Assembly: GCA_039630415.1 (NCBI GenBank) | Contig: JBCNVB010000003.1 | Coordinates: forward strand, 52,962 to 116,961 | Length of the DNA stretch: 64,000 nucleotides | DNA from: a bacterium | GTDB lineage: Bacteria; DRYD01 | Direction of reading: 5' to 3' | Part shown: positions 30,716-40,166 of the stretch, in pieces | How positions within the stretch are numbered: position 1 is the stretch's first letter | How the letters are laid out: every line of letters begins with the position of its first letter | Notes under the pieces: generated by a model | Told to the model about the DNA's origin: nothing | What the model saw: the letters and a program-made list of their open reading frames with translations, nothing else | Database searches by the model: none | Position numbers and translations under genes: made by a program

Positions 30716-31430
30716 ACCTGAGAAATGGGGTTCACTAGGAGAAGTTGAACTACTTATATTCTTACTAGACGGTTCTGCTAGTATGTATGAAACTAATACA
30801 TTTGATGGTAGAAGAAAAGCTGATCACTTGGTAAATATTTTATATGATACCCTCGAAAGACTAATAAATAGTAGCAGGAGTAACAGTTTTAGGGCAAGCT
30901 TGGTTTACTTTTCCGACAGTGTATCTATTCCCACTGTAGATGATTTACCTTATTATCCCCTAGAAGATGCTATTAATGAATTAACTGACCCAGTAATAAA
31001 GATGGCTGGAGGAAGTACGTCAATAGCTAACGCTCTCGCTGAAACCTCAAAGATAGTATATGAATTCAACAACGATATAGGTTTGCCAGATCAAAAAAAC
31101 ATAACTCTGTTCCTTTTTACAGACGGTAGAGAAAATATAAGAACTCCACGTGATGTAATAAATGAAGCTCTAAAAGTAAAGAGCATGGGAGTTACTATAT
31201 GTACAATATCCCTTGGTAATGATTGCGATGAAAAGTTACTAATGGATATATCCAGTGTAGCAAGTCTTAGGCAAGTAAAAAGACTTGATTTGGCTAACAT
31301 GTTAGACTTCCTAAAAAAAGAAGGAGGGAATTATAAGCTCTTTCTTAGAGGACATGTAAACGGAGAAATAAATCGTAACATCTCTGAAGTTATTAGAAGT
31401 TTTGTTAGTATCCTTAGTGAAACAAGATAA
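30702..31430 (+). CDS. von Willebrand factor A domain protein (TerY-like)
   Basis: MIDAS elements LLDGSASM, GGST..A.AL, LFTDG. Confidence 0.8.
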   Translation: MVVIRPEKWGSLGEVELLIFLLDGSASMYETNTFDGRRKADHLVNILYDTLERLINSSRSNSFRASLVYFSDSVSIPTVDDLPYYPLEDAINELTDPVIKMAGGSTSIANALAETSKIVYEFNNDIGLPDQKNITLFLFTDGRENIRTPRDVINEALKVKSMGVTICTISLGNDCDEKLLMDISSVASLRQVKRLDLANMLDFLKKEGGNYKLFLRGHVNGEINRNISEVIRSFVSILSETR

Positions 31431-31444
31431 CTCTACAAAATTCC

Positions 31445-33211
31445 ATGGCTATAAGCTTTAGGTTTGATGACGGAAGTGAAATACAAATAAATTTGGAAAG
31501 CTTGCAAAATCCCATTTTTGGGGGGCAAGGTAGAATATATTTCTACCAAAACTACCTTATAAAAGTTTTACCCCTAAATGATGAAACTGAATCCATACCT
31601 AGAAGATTCATCGTTCTTAAAAGAGTATGTAATCAAATAGATCCTACTGTAAGGGAATACATAACATATCGTGGGATACCTCTATCCATAAGTGTAGATT
31701 TGAAGAACTACTTTAACTTCAAAACAACCGATAAAGCCCTCATATTGTTGTTTAATCTTTTGGATGGAAAGGATATATTTGATTATTTAAAGAATGAGCC
31801 TCCTCTAAGTCCCAAAAGAAGGCATATATATCAAAAAACCATAAAAATTCTTACCGCAATAAACAACGTTGGTATAATACACGGCGATCTTTACCCTGAC
31901 AATTTTATAGTATCTAAAAATGATGAAGTTTATATTTTAGATTTGGAGGGAGCGGGAATACTTCTCAACCGTAGAGAATGGGAATGGAAACCACTAGTAA
32001 TTGGAAAGGAAGGAATATTTCCTTTACCTCCTGAAGTAAAGTATAGTGGTGAATTTACAGTATCATCAGATATATGGACAGGACTGTATTTGGTATTCTT
32101 TATTCTAACGGGAATTAAACCACTAGACTTCTTGGTAAGAAATGATCATAAATATCTTGAAACTATTGTTTCTAGCATAGACAAAGAAGTAAATAGTTGG
32201 CCACCTGCTCTACCAGATAGTCTTATCAAAAATGTCCAAAGATATCAAGATTTCTCTACATTCTATAATTCAATCTTCAAGAAAGGAAAACTTTGTCAAA
32301 TTTTAGTAAGAACCTACATAAAAGGCTATACGGACTACTCTGTAAGACCTTCATTCGAAGAAATAAAACAGGCAATAGATCAGGAAATTGAAGACATACA
32401 GGACGTGCAAGAAATAATTATAGAAATAAAACCCGTAAAAACTAAACCATCAGACTTGAAATCAAATACAGCAGAGGTAAAATCCAGCACATCAGAAGCA
32501 AAACCTAAAACAGCTGAAGTAGAACCTAAAACTTTAGAGTCAAAAACTTTAGAGTCAAGACCTAAAACCGCGGAATTGAAACCAAAAAGCACTTCATACT
32601 CAATAAGTCCTGAACTAGAGCAAAAAATAAGCTCTTTACCAATATCTACTCGAGGATATGTCTTCAAAATAATTAATTCTCTCAAAGCTGAAAACATCAT
32701 AGATCAAATATCTGAAAAAGCATTTGAAAAAGTAATCGAACATAGGCAAGCTGAATCATTAGTTAACACTTTCATAATAACCAAAGATATATTCTTAGCT
32801 GCTGTTTTGTTAAAGTTTGCAGAATCCGAATACTATGAAAACTTCTTAAAAGATTTGCAAACATTATCAAATATACAAAGTAGATCAGCAATGGAGGTAA
32901 TACAAACTGTTTTATACCCAATAGTTTTGAAGTATAAAAACAAGAACAAGAAAATAAATGATGTACATGAAGATATATTCAGCGAGTTTCATTTAATTAC
33001 TGCTGAAGCTATAAGTACTCAAAAACAAAAAGAAATAGCAAAATTTTCCAATACAATACTTTATTTTTTCTCGTTTATTTGTTTTTGTATTCCTTTCATA
33101 TTGTATACTTTTCAAATTAACTACAATATGATTGCTATGCTATATCCTGCGTTCTTTGTAGTTTTCTATCTAGTTTTCTTCATACTTCGGATGATAATGA
33201 TCAGAGGATGA
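31445..33211 (+). CDS. Ser/Thr protein kinase domain protein with low-complexity linker and two C-terminal TM helices
   Basis: GGQG.IY, LIK, HGDLYPDNF, ILDLE, PPE, SD.W; hydrophobic C-terminus. Confidence 0.82.
   Translation: MAISFRFDDGSEIQINLESLQNPIFGGQGRIYFYQNYLIKVLPLNDETESIPRRFIVLKRVCNQIDPTVREYITYRGIPLSISVDLKNYFNFKTTDKALILLFNLLDGKDIFDYLKNEPPLSPKRRHIYQKTIKILTAINNVGIIHGDLYPDNFIVSKNDEVYILDLEGAGILLNRREWEWKPLVIGKEGIFPLPPEVKYSGEFTVSSDIWTGLYLVFFILTGIKPLDFLVRNDHKYLETIVSSIDKEVNSWPPALPDSLIKNVQRYQDFSTFYNSIFKKGKLCQILVRTYIKGYTDYSVRPSFEEIKQAIDQEIEDIQDVQEIIIEIKPVKTKPSDLKSNTAEVKSSTSEAKPKTAEVEPKTLESKTLESRPKTAELKPKSTSYSISPELEQKISSLPISTRGYVFKIINSLKAENIIDQISEKAFEKVIEHRQAESLVNTFIITKDIFLAAVLLKFAESEYYENFLKDLQTLSNIQSRSAMEVIQTVLYPIVLKYKNKNKKINDVHEDIFSEFHLITAEAISTQKQKEIAKFSNTILYFFSFICFCIPFILYTFQINYNMIAMLYPAFFVVFYLVFFILRMIMIRG
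32528..32557 (+). repeat. 15-bp tandem duplication AAAACTTTAGAGTCA x2 (KTLES) in the kinase linker
   Basis: Read directly from the sequence. Confidence 0.85.
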
Positions 33212-34068
33212 TATACTTAATAACTGATTATGGGCTTGAAGATTACTTTGTATCCGCTTTGAAAAATGTTATACTCAACTCCTGTAATTTACTAAAAATA
33301 CCCTTTCCAACGATAATTGATATATCTCACAACTTACCGAATCATAATGTAGTAGCAGCAATTATAAATATTAAGGCTTTGTTAGATTTGATGCCTGATA
33401 GAAGTATTATATTGGCAATAGTTGATCCTGAAGTAGGATCTAACATTGAAGGATGTGTATCTCTTCATGTATACCACCAAAAGTATATCTACTTAGTTGG
33501 TAGAAATAATGGTATTTTGGGAGCTTTGTATCCTCACAAGCATGTATATACCTACAAAATATCTTCAAGGAAAATAGAAAATAACATAAAAAATAAAGGA
33601 ATATTTTACCAAGCGGGAATAAGGGGCATAAGTAATACATTCCATGGAAGAGACATATTTGCCCCCATTGCTTCTATCCTCTTACATGATATAAAAACAA
33701 ATTCCAATTTACTTAGGGAATTCATAGGCCAAAAAGTAAAGCCCTTATACTATAAAATTCCAAAGCCGCTTGTCAAAAACAAAACTATAATCGGCAAGAT
33801 AATTTACTTTGACCATTTTGGAAATGCTATAACTAACATATCTTCCAACTTACTAAATAAAAAAATAAAACAAATCAACCTTAAACTAAAAGACCAAGTT
33901 TTATTTTCGATACCTAATATTTCAAAGAATTATTTGGAAGGTAAGAATCAGCAGATTATCGCAATAGCCAACAGTTTTGGCTACTTGGAGTTTTCAAAAT
34001 ATAAATCTAGTGTAAGAGAACTGTTAGGCGATTTTGAAAACATTATGGTTGAAGTATTAATGGGCTGA
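33208..34068 (+). CDS. SAM hydroxide adenosyltransferase (DUF62) family
   Basis: ITDYG..D.FV, IDISH, IVDP.VGS, S.TFHGRDIFAP, D.FGN.ITN. Confidence 0.9.
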   Translation: MIYLITDYGLEDYFVSALKNVILNSCNLLKIPFPTIIDISHNLPNHNVVAAIINIKALLDLMPDRSIILAIVDPEVGSNIEGCVSLHVYHQKYIYLVGRNNGILGALYPHKHVYTYKISSRKIENNIKNKGIFYQAGIRGISNTFHGRDIFAPIASILLHDIKTNSNLLREFIGQKVKPLYYKIPKPLVKNKTIIGKIIYFDHFGNAITNISSNLLNKKIKQINLKLKDQVLFSIPNISKNYLEGKNQQIIAIANSFGYLEFSKYKSSVRELLGDFENIMVEVLMG

Positions 34069-35242
34069 TTAGGTTATGATCCAGACAAAAACAAAATTCT
34101 CTCCAGTCACTTGTATCGAGTATATTGAATAACGCTAAGAAATCCTGTCTTATTTGTCCAGCTTTGATATCTAGCATAAATGCCGGATTCGTTGTTATAT
34201 AACATAACACTTCTTCGGGTTTTAATTTTAAATAAATACATGCTAAATTACAAACCATCAACATAGAATATACATTGGAGGACCCTGCATTAAAATCCGT
34301 TGCTAAGCATATGGGTATATGGTTTTCTATTAGTTTTCTTGCTAGACTATAGTTTTTACCTAAGAACCAAGAAGTACCCGGCATTATAACGCCGAAACTT
34401 TTCATTAAACGCATAAACTTAATCGTAAAATCGCTTAAGACTAATAGATGATCAAAACTCTTTACTTCTATACTGTTTCCAAACATGTCATATAGACCCT
34501 CAACAAGCCTATCATCTTGAAATTCATTAGTGTGAAATCTAAAAGCAAAGTGGTAGGAAGTAAGAGATCTTACTATTTGAATAGTTTGATCTACAGAGAA
34601 TGCAGTTTTATCACAAAAAATATCAAAATATTTTGTTAGTTTTCTTATTTCAGGAGCGTACATTTTGATTTTATTTAGATATTCATCAAAATCGTCTGGA
34701 GGTATATGTGCAAGAAAGGTTGGTATTATAATTGGCTTAACGAATTTTGAAACATCAATGATTAGTTTGAGATGTTCGATCTCTTTTTCTATTTCTATGG
34801 CGTAACCATTTTTTGCTTCTATTATGACTGATCCACTTTGGTAGATTTGATTAAGCCTGTATACTAGGAGCTGTTTAAGATGGGGAGAATTTATGGTATT
34901 TTGAACAGTATATTTTATTCCTCCACCACTAAGAGCTATTTCTTGGTAGCTCTTACCTTCTATCCTTGCTATGAAGTCATTTATTCTTTTACCATCGAAC
35001 AGAGGATGTGTATGACAGTCTATAAAACCTGGCAACAAAAATCTATTCTTCAAATCTATTATTCGAGTATTTGATGATACATTTTGCTTTAATTCAGAAT
35101 AATTACCTATCTGCTTGATAATCCCATTTTGTACAAAAACGCATTTATTCTCAAGACAAAATATTTGAGGCTCTGATACAACCGGCCGATCAGATAATGC
35201 TGTTAGGATTTTGGCATTTACAATTAAGTAACTACTATGCAT
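34043..35242 (-). CDS. hutI: imidazolonepropionase
   Basis: PGFIDCHTH, G.SY.EIA..GGGI..TV, E.K.GY, D.FC, ATDFN.GSS. Confidence 0.88.
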   Translation of the reverse strand: MHSSYLIVNAKILTALSDRPVVSEPQIFCLENKCVFVQNGIIKQIGNYSELKQNVSSNTRIIDLKNRFLLPGFIDCHTHPLFDGKRINDFIARIEGKSYQEIALSGGGIKYTVQNTINSPHLKQLLVYRLNQIYQSGSVIIEAKNGYAIEIEKEIEHLKLIIDVSKFVKPIIIPTFLAHIPPDDFDEYLNKIKMYAPEIRKLTKYFDIFCDKTAFSVDQTIQIVRSLTSYHFAFRFHTNEFQDDRLVEGLYDMFGNSIEVKSFDHLLVLSDFTIKFMRLMKSFGVIMPGTSWFLGKNYSLARKLIENHIPICLATDFNAGSSNVYSMLMVCNLACIYLKLKPEEVLCYITTNPAFMLDIKAGQIRQDFLALFNILDTSDWREFCFCLDHNLISPLILQP

Positions 35243-35250
35243 TAACTTGT

Positions 35251-36756
35251 CTATATCATGGATAGGTTTTGTTCTATGAATGAAATTTTACTATTCAGGT
35301 AAGATATTAGGTGATTGGAGTTTATTTCTTCATTTGTTATCTTTTTAACTACCTCGGAGGTTGTATATTTTTTACCGAGAGAGTAAAGATTTTCTTTGAG
35401 GAATTGTATTATTATTTGGAAGTTTCCTTTTTTAACTTCTTCATAGAGATTGATATGTTTTTGAATAGTATTAAGAATTTGTGCTGATATTATATTACCG
35501 AGGGTATAGGTTGGAAAATATCCGAACAATGATTCTGCCCAGTGTATATCTTGAAGAATTCCTACGCTATCGTTTGCGGGACGATATCCAAAATATTCTT
35601 CAAACATCGTATTCCATAACTCTGGTAATTCCTCAACTTTTACACCTTCGTTGAATATCTTTCTTTCTAGGTTAAATCTAAGTATAATATGTAGATTGTA
35701 TGTGAACTCATCTGCTTCAATTCTTATTGGTTGCATAGAGATTTTGTTAGCTGAGAGTACAAATTTTTCGAGAGGTATATTTTGAAGATCAGGTACATAT
35801 TGTTTTAAATCCTGATAAAAAAGTTCCCAGAAAGCTAGACTTCTTCCTATTACATTTTCAAAGAATCTAGATTGGGATTCATGTATACTAAGGGATATAC
35901 TGGAAGATATAGGTTGGCCAAAGTACTCTTCTTGAGGTAAGTAGTAATCATACAGAGCATGTCCTAGTTCATGCAAAGTACCAAATATAGCTCCTTCTAG
36001 ATTATTATATCTTGTGGTTATTCTTACATCATATGGAAGGATTGTAGTTGCAAATGGGTGAGAGGTGGTATCTAACCTTATATCTAGCCCACTTATCTTC
36101 TTAACTAAGTATTTGCAAAAATGTTCGAGTTTTTGCTGGTCAAATGGGATTTTTTTCAAATCTACTGGGCTTTGTAGTATATACTTTCCTCTGCTTATTA
36201 ACTGCTTCAGAGTTTTGTGTAAGGGTTCAAAAATTGAATTTATTTGAGATGGTGTTATATCTATTTCATAACCTATTGTTAATGCTTCATAGGGTTCTTC
36301 TTTATATCCCCATTTTTGAATCATTTCTTTGTTTAATTCGATTATTTTGGATAAGTAAGGTGAAAAGATTTTGTATTTTTTTTGTTCCTTTGCTTTTTCC
36401 CAAGCTTGAATAGATACCGGAATAAGTTCATATAACTTAGCTAAAAGTTTCGGAGGAATTTTTTTATTTCTTTCATATTCAAATTTCCACCACTTGAAAT
36501 TAACCCATTCAGGAGAGAACTTTTCAAAATCATCTAAATCTATTGACTCTATTAGTTTTGAGTATTTTTTGGATGTTCTAGTTTTATGAATATACTCAGT
36601 TAGTATGGAGATTTGTTTACCTCTATATTTAGCTGATTTGGGATTCATACATACTCTATCATCCCAAAAGAGCAAACTAAGGGTATATTCATAATAAGCC
36701 AGATGTTGATTTATTTTTAGTAGCTGTTTGTAAGATTTGATTGAATTTTTATTCAT
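35251..36756 (-). CDS. M32 thermostable carboxypeptidase (Taq-type)
   Basis: HPF, DVRITTR, HELGHALY, HESQSRF, IRIEADE, G.LQD.HW. Confidence 0.95.
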   Translation of the reverse strand: MNKNSIKSYKQLLKINQHLAYYEYTLSLLFWDDRVCMNPKSAKYRGKQISILTEYIHKTRTSKKYSKLIESIDLDDFEKFSPEWVNFKWWKFEYERNKKIPPKLLAKLYELIPVSIQAWEKAKEQKKYKIFSPYLSKIIELNKEMIQKWGYKEEPYEALTIGYEIDITPSQINSIFEPLHKTLKQLISRGKYILQSPVDLKKIPFDQQKLEHFCKYLVKKISGLDIRLDTTSHPFATTILPYDVRITTRYNNLEGAIFGTLHELGHALYDYYLPQEEYFGQPISSSISLSIHESQSRFFENVIGRSLAFWELFYQDLKQYVPDLQNIPLEKFVLSANKISMQPIRIEADEFTYNLHIILRFNLERKIFNEGVKVEELPELWNTMFEEYFGYRPANDSVGILQDIHWAESLFGYFPTYTLGNIISAQILNTIQKHINLYEEVKKGNFQIIIQFLKENLYSLGKKYTTSEVVKKITNEEINSNHLISYLNSKISFIEQNLSMI

Positions 36757-36890
36757 AAGTACCTCCTTCTATTTTTTGAACTCTCTAAAAAGAGCTTACT
36801 AAAATTCTTCAACTTTTGTTTACTGGCTCCTGCAAACTAAAAGGGTAAGATCTAAAATTTAAAGAATATTATCCTAGTAAGCTCTATAAT

Positions 36891-37391
36891 ATGCAATTAG
36901 TTTTCTCAAAAGATCAAATAAAGCAAGCGATTCAAAAAATAGCGGATCAAGTGTCTGAATATCTCGAACAAGTCCAAGAAGATGTGCATTTTGTAACTGT
37001 ATTAAGAGAAGGAATACACTTTTCAATTGATTTAGCACAAAAACTGGAAAAATATAGCCTTATATTTGATTATATCTTCCTAGAAAATGTTAACCCAAAT
37101 AATAGAGAATTAGCAATCGAAAAAGATATATTTTTACCCGTTAAGGATAAAACAGTTTTGCTCTGCTCAGTTTTAATAAGAACAGGATATGAAATCAGTT
37201 TTATAGAAAACTACTTGAGAATAAGAGGATGTAAGCAAATAAAAACTGTTTCCCTTATCTGTAAAAAAGGAGCTTACAAGAAACCCGATTTCTACTACTT
37301 CTTAACAGAACCCTCTGATTACCTCGTAGGATATGGACTAGATTACAATGAAAAATACAGAAATTTACAGGAAATATACAAAATAAAGTAA
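36891..37391 (+). CDS. hypoxanthine phosphoribosyltransferase-like protein (degenerate PRPP motif)
   Basis: VGYGLDYNEKYRNL C-terminus typical of Hpt; the canonical VEDIIDTG motif reads CSVLIRTG. Confidence 0.7.
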   Translation: MQLVFSKDQIKQAIQKIADQVSEYLEQVQEDVHFVTVLREGIHFSIDLAQKLEKYSLIFDYIFLENVNPNNRELAIEKDIFLPVKDKTVLLCSVLIRTGYEISFIENYLRIRGCKQIKTVSLICKKGAYKKPDFYYFLTEPSDYLVGYGLDYNEKYRNLQEIYKIK

Positions 37392-38239
37392 TGCTTTTCC
37401 TGTTGGATACTTTTAGTATTCTTTACCGGCTGTTTTATGCTCTTCCTGAACTGAGCCATAATAATCTAAACTTGAACTCTATCTATGGATTAACTAGAGT
37501 ACTTATAAAAATAACTAAAGAGTACAAAGTGGAATACCTAACTTTCTGTGTTGATAAAGGAAGATCTGGTAGGGATAAAATACAACAAACATATAAGTCT
37601 GATCGTGTCTCTACACCAGATAAGTTTAAACAACAAATACCAATATTTTACGAACTATCAAAAGCTTCTAAAATTAGTATACTCGCTATAGAAGGAATGG
37701 AAGCAGATGATACAATCTACACCATCTCCAATCTCTTTAAAAAAGAAATCAAAATATACATAATCACTGGTGATAGTGATTTACTACAAGCAATAGACGA
37801 CAATGTTACTGTACTTTTAATGAAAAAAGGTATATCAGATATCGAGGTTTTTGATAAGATTAACTTCACTAAAAAATACGGATTTGATAGTTCACTTTAC
37901 ATATATTATAAAGCACTCGTAGGAGATCAAGCTGATAATATTAAAGGAGTAAAGGGTATAGGACCTAAAAAAGCTTTGAATATAATAAAATCAATCGAAA
38001 ATCCTTCTGATATACCTAAACACCTAGATTCCCAACAATTGGAAATATTTAATCATAACTGCCAAATAATACAATTGAAAAACTCTCCAGATAGAATAAA
38101 CCTGTCTTTAGAGAAGCTGAAAATAGATAGGCAGTGGTATAAAAACAAAGATTTTGTTGATTTTCTTCGTAAGTATAATTTTAGGAGTATTTTAAAAGAA
38201 ATAGGTGTAGAGGATGTACAAATGAAGTTATTTGGGTAG
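37391..38239 (+). CDS. stand-alone 5'-3' exonuclease / flap endonuclease (PolI N-terminal-like)
   Basis: YK..R, EADD, TGD.DL.Q, L.GD..DNI.GV.GIG.K.A; stop after 282 aa, no polymerase domain. Confidence 0.9.
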   Translation: MLFLLDTFSILYRLFYALPELSHNNLNLNSIYGLTRVLIKITKEYKVEYLTFCVDKGRSGRDKIQQTYKSDRVSTPDKFKQQIPIFYELSKASKISILAIEGMEADDTIYTISNLFKKEIKIYIITGDSDLLQAIDDNVTVLLMKKGISDIEVFDKINFTKKYGFDSSLYIYYKALVGDQADNIKGVKGIGPKKALNIIKSIENPSDIPKHLDSQQLEIFNHNCQIIQLKNSPDRINLSLEKLKIDRQWYKNKDFVDFLRKYNFRSILKEIGVEDVQMKLFG

Positions 38240-38240
38240 G

Positions 38241-38329
38241 GGAGGGATGGCCGAGCGGTCGAAGGCGGTGGTCTCGAAAACCACAGTGGAGTTATCACTC
38301 CACCGGGGGTTCGAATCCCCCTCCCTCCG
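38241..38329 (+). tRNA. tRNA-Ser (CGA), CCA not encoded
   Basis: Acceptor GGAGGGA/TCCCTCC, anticodon arm GTGGT-CTCGAAA-ACCAC, long variable arm GTGGAG/CTCCAC. Confidence 0.97.
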
Positions 38330-38338
38330 AATAATACC

Positions 38339-39556
38339 ATGGATATTATACAAATCAACAAACTAATCGATACCTGGAAACAACAACTCTCCAAAAATGA
38401 TAACTACCTCATCCTCAAAACAATACAAGAAATAATTAACGTATTCAATAAACTAGAACAACGACAAAAAACAACTTTTCTTAACATCTTTAAAGATATA
38501 CAAAAAAAGGTTTTTAGTCAAGTCTATTCTAATGATCCATTAATTAGAAGAAATGTCGTTATACTTGCCAGTACTTTAGAATCAAACGATATAGTTCTTG
38601 ATGTTCTCAGGTATCTCAAAGTTGAAAAAGACTATGAAAATTTGATAACTTATCTCAGATATCTCGAAAAGTTTAAATCTGTCGGTTTTATAGATAGCTT
38701 AAGTGACTATGCTTTTAATCATTCTTTACCTTTACCAATTAAAATCAGAGTTATATCGATTATAACTTCCATCCTACCTCTCTACAAAGGTAACCAACAA
38801 ATAATTAACAAAATCTTCGACAATATTTCGGAAATTATCAATGATCCTAATAATCAAGCTTATATAGTAATCTACTATGATAATCTCATTTCAGAAACGA
38901 TGGACTACTATACCAATAAAAATCAGCCTAAAGTCGTATCAATTTTCTGCGAGTTATATGACAGTTTGATCATTAGAACTATGGATTTAATAAAACAAAT
39001 AATGAAAGATAAAGTTAAAGAAACGCAAGCTGAGTTAATAGCTGCTTGTATAATATTCTTACTTTTGGCTAAAGCATTACTTGAAAAAATGAATTACAAG
39101 GGTTTTTCATATGAACATTATCAAGACGAAAATATCAAATATTTATTGATCAAAACTATAGGACAATGTGGTGAGCTCTTCAAATTCATGATTAACTTCT
39201 CTGATAAGTACAATTTAACAAATGAAATAGGACAGATTATTAACCAATTAGGTTTGTCAGAATATTTGGTTGAGTTACTATCTAACTCTAATCCAAGGCA
39301 AAAAAAAGATATCTTAAAGTTTTTATATACCTTTGGAATAAAGTTAAGCCAAGATGAATTGAAAACCATCGCAGATTTATGTAAGCATGATTTTGATGAA
39401 GATATTATTAGTGTTTGCCTAGATATATTTGATCATAATCACTACTATGAAGATTTACACTACTTTTCAAAGTACTCTTCTTCTTTCAGTTATCAATTGA
39501 GAGAGAAAATAAAAAATTTGATAGATAAGAGTGGCATGAATCTCAGGGATGGATGA
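38339..39556 (+). CDS. hypothetical alpha-helical (HEAT-like) protein
   Basis: 405 aa ORF; DP.IRRN.V..A and similar helical repeat-like segments. Confidence 0.55.
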   Translation: MDIIQINKLIDTWKQQLSKNDNYLILKTIQEIINVFNKLEQRQKTTFLNIFKDIQKKVFSQVYSNDPLIRRNVVILASTLESNDIVLDVLRYLKVEKDYENLITYLRYLEKFKSVGFIDSLSDYAFNHSLPLPIKIRVISIITSILPLYKGNQQIINKIFDNISEIINDPNNQAYIVIYYDNLISETMDYYTNKNQPKVVSIFCELYDSLIIRTMDLIKQIMKDKVKETQAELIAACIIFLLLAKALLEKMNYKGFSYEHYQDENIKYLLIKTIGQCGELFKFMINFSDKYNLTNEIGQIINQLGLSEYLVELLSNSNPRQKKDILKFLYTFGIKLSQDELKTIADLCKHDFDEDIISVCLDIFDHNHYYEDLHYFSKYSSSFSYQLREKIKNLIDKSGMNLRDG

Positions 39557-40166
39557 TATCGTTTTTATAATAGGTCTTGGAAATCCAGGAAAAAAATATA
39601 AAAATACCCGACATAACGTGGGATTTATTATAGTGGAAAAATTTATTCAAAAATTAGACGCTACACCTCTAAATGATTATAAATTCAGTAGTATCATCTA
39701 TACTCTATATCTACATGATAAAAAGGTAATAATTGCTATGCCTCTGACATTTATGAATCTATCTGGCAACGCAGTCAAGCAAATTATTAACTTTTATAAG
39801 CCACCTAACCTTCAATACTTAGAACTAGGTAAAAAAATATTGGTTGTCCATGACGATATGGACCTTGATATCGGAAAATTTAAGCTAAAATTTGACGGAG
39901 GAGATGCAGGACACAATGGAGTTAAATCTATCATCCAACACATAGGAAAAGATTTCTGTAGACTCAGAGTAGGTATATCTAAACCAGCCGACAAAAATTA
40001 TCAAAAGTACGTACTGGAAGATTTTTTACCCGAAGAAATCATTAAAATAGACACTCTAATACCTTCTCTATGCAGAGTAATAGATAGCTTTATAAGAGAG
40101 GGATTCGATATGACTGTATCAAAAATAGGAACAATAATAACTGCGGGAGGTAGAAAAGATGGATAA
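39549..40166 (+). CDS. pth: peptidyl-tRNA hydrolase
   Basis: GLGNPG.KY..TRHN.GF, P.TFMNLSG, HDD.D, GHNG.KSI, RLRVGI. Confidence 0.96.
   Translation: MDDIVFIIGLGNPGKKYKNTRHNVGFIIVEKFIQKLDATPLNDYKFSSIIYTLYLHDKKVIIAMPLTFMNLSGNAVKQIINFYKPPNLQYLELGKKILVVHDDMDLDIGKFKLKFDGGDAGHNGVKSIIQHIGKDFCRLRVGISKPADKNYQKYVLEDFLPEEIIKIDTLIPSLCRVIDSFIREGFDMTVSKIGTIITAGGRKDG

Noticed and set aside
36791-36885. 11-bp inverted repeat AGAGCTTACTA / TAGTAAGCTCT in a divergent intergenic region
   Set aside because: Arms are 73 nt apart, with no second copy or target-site duplication. Insufficient for a MITE or operator call.
38053-38394. 113-aa minus-strand ORF
   Set aside because: It is the antisense reading of tRNA-Ser and flanking genes. 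The same applies to 56039-56314 over tRNA-Pro.
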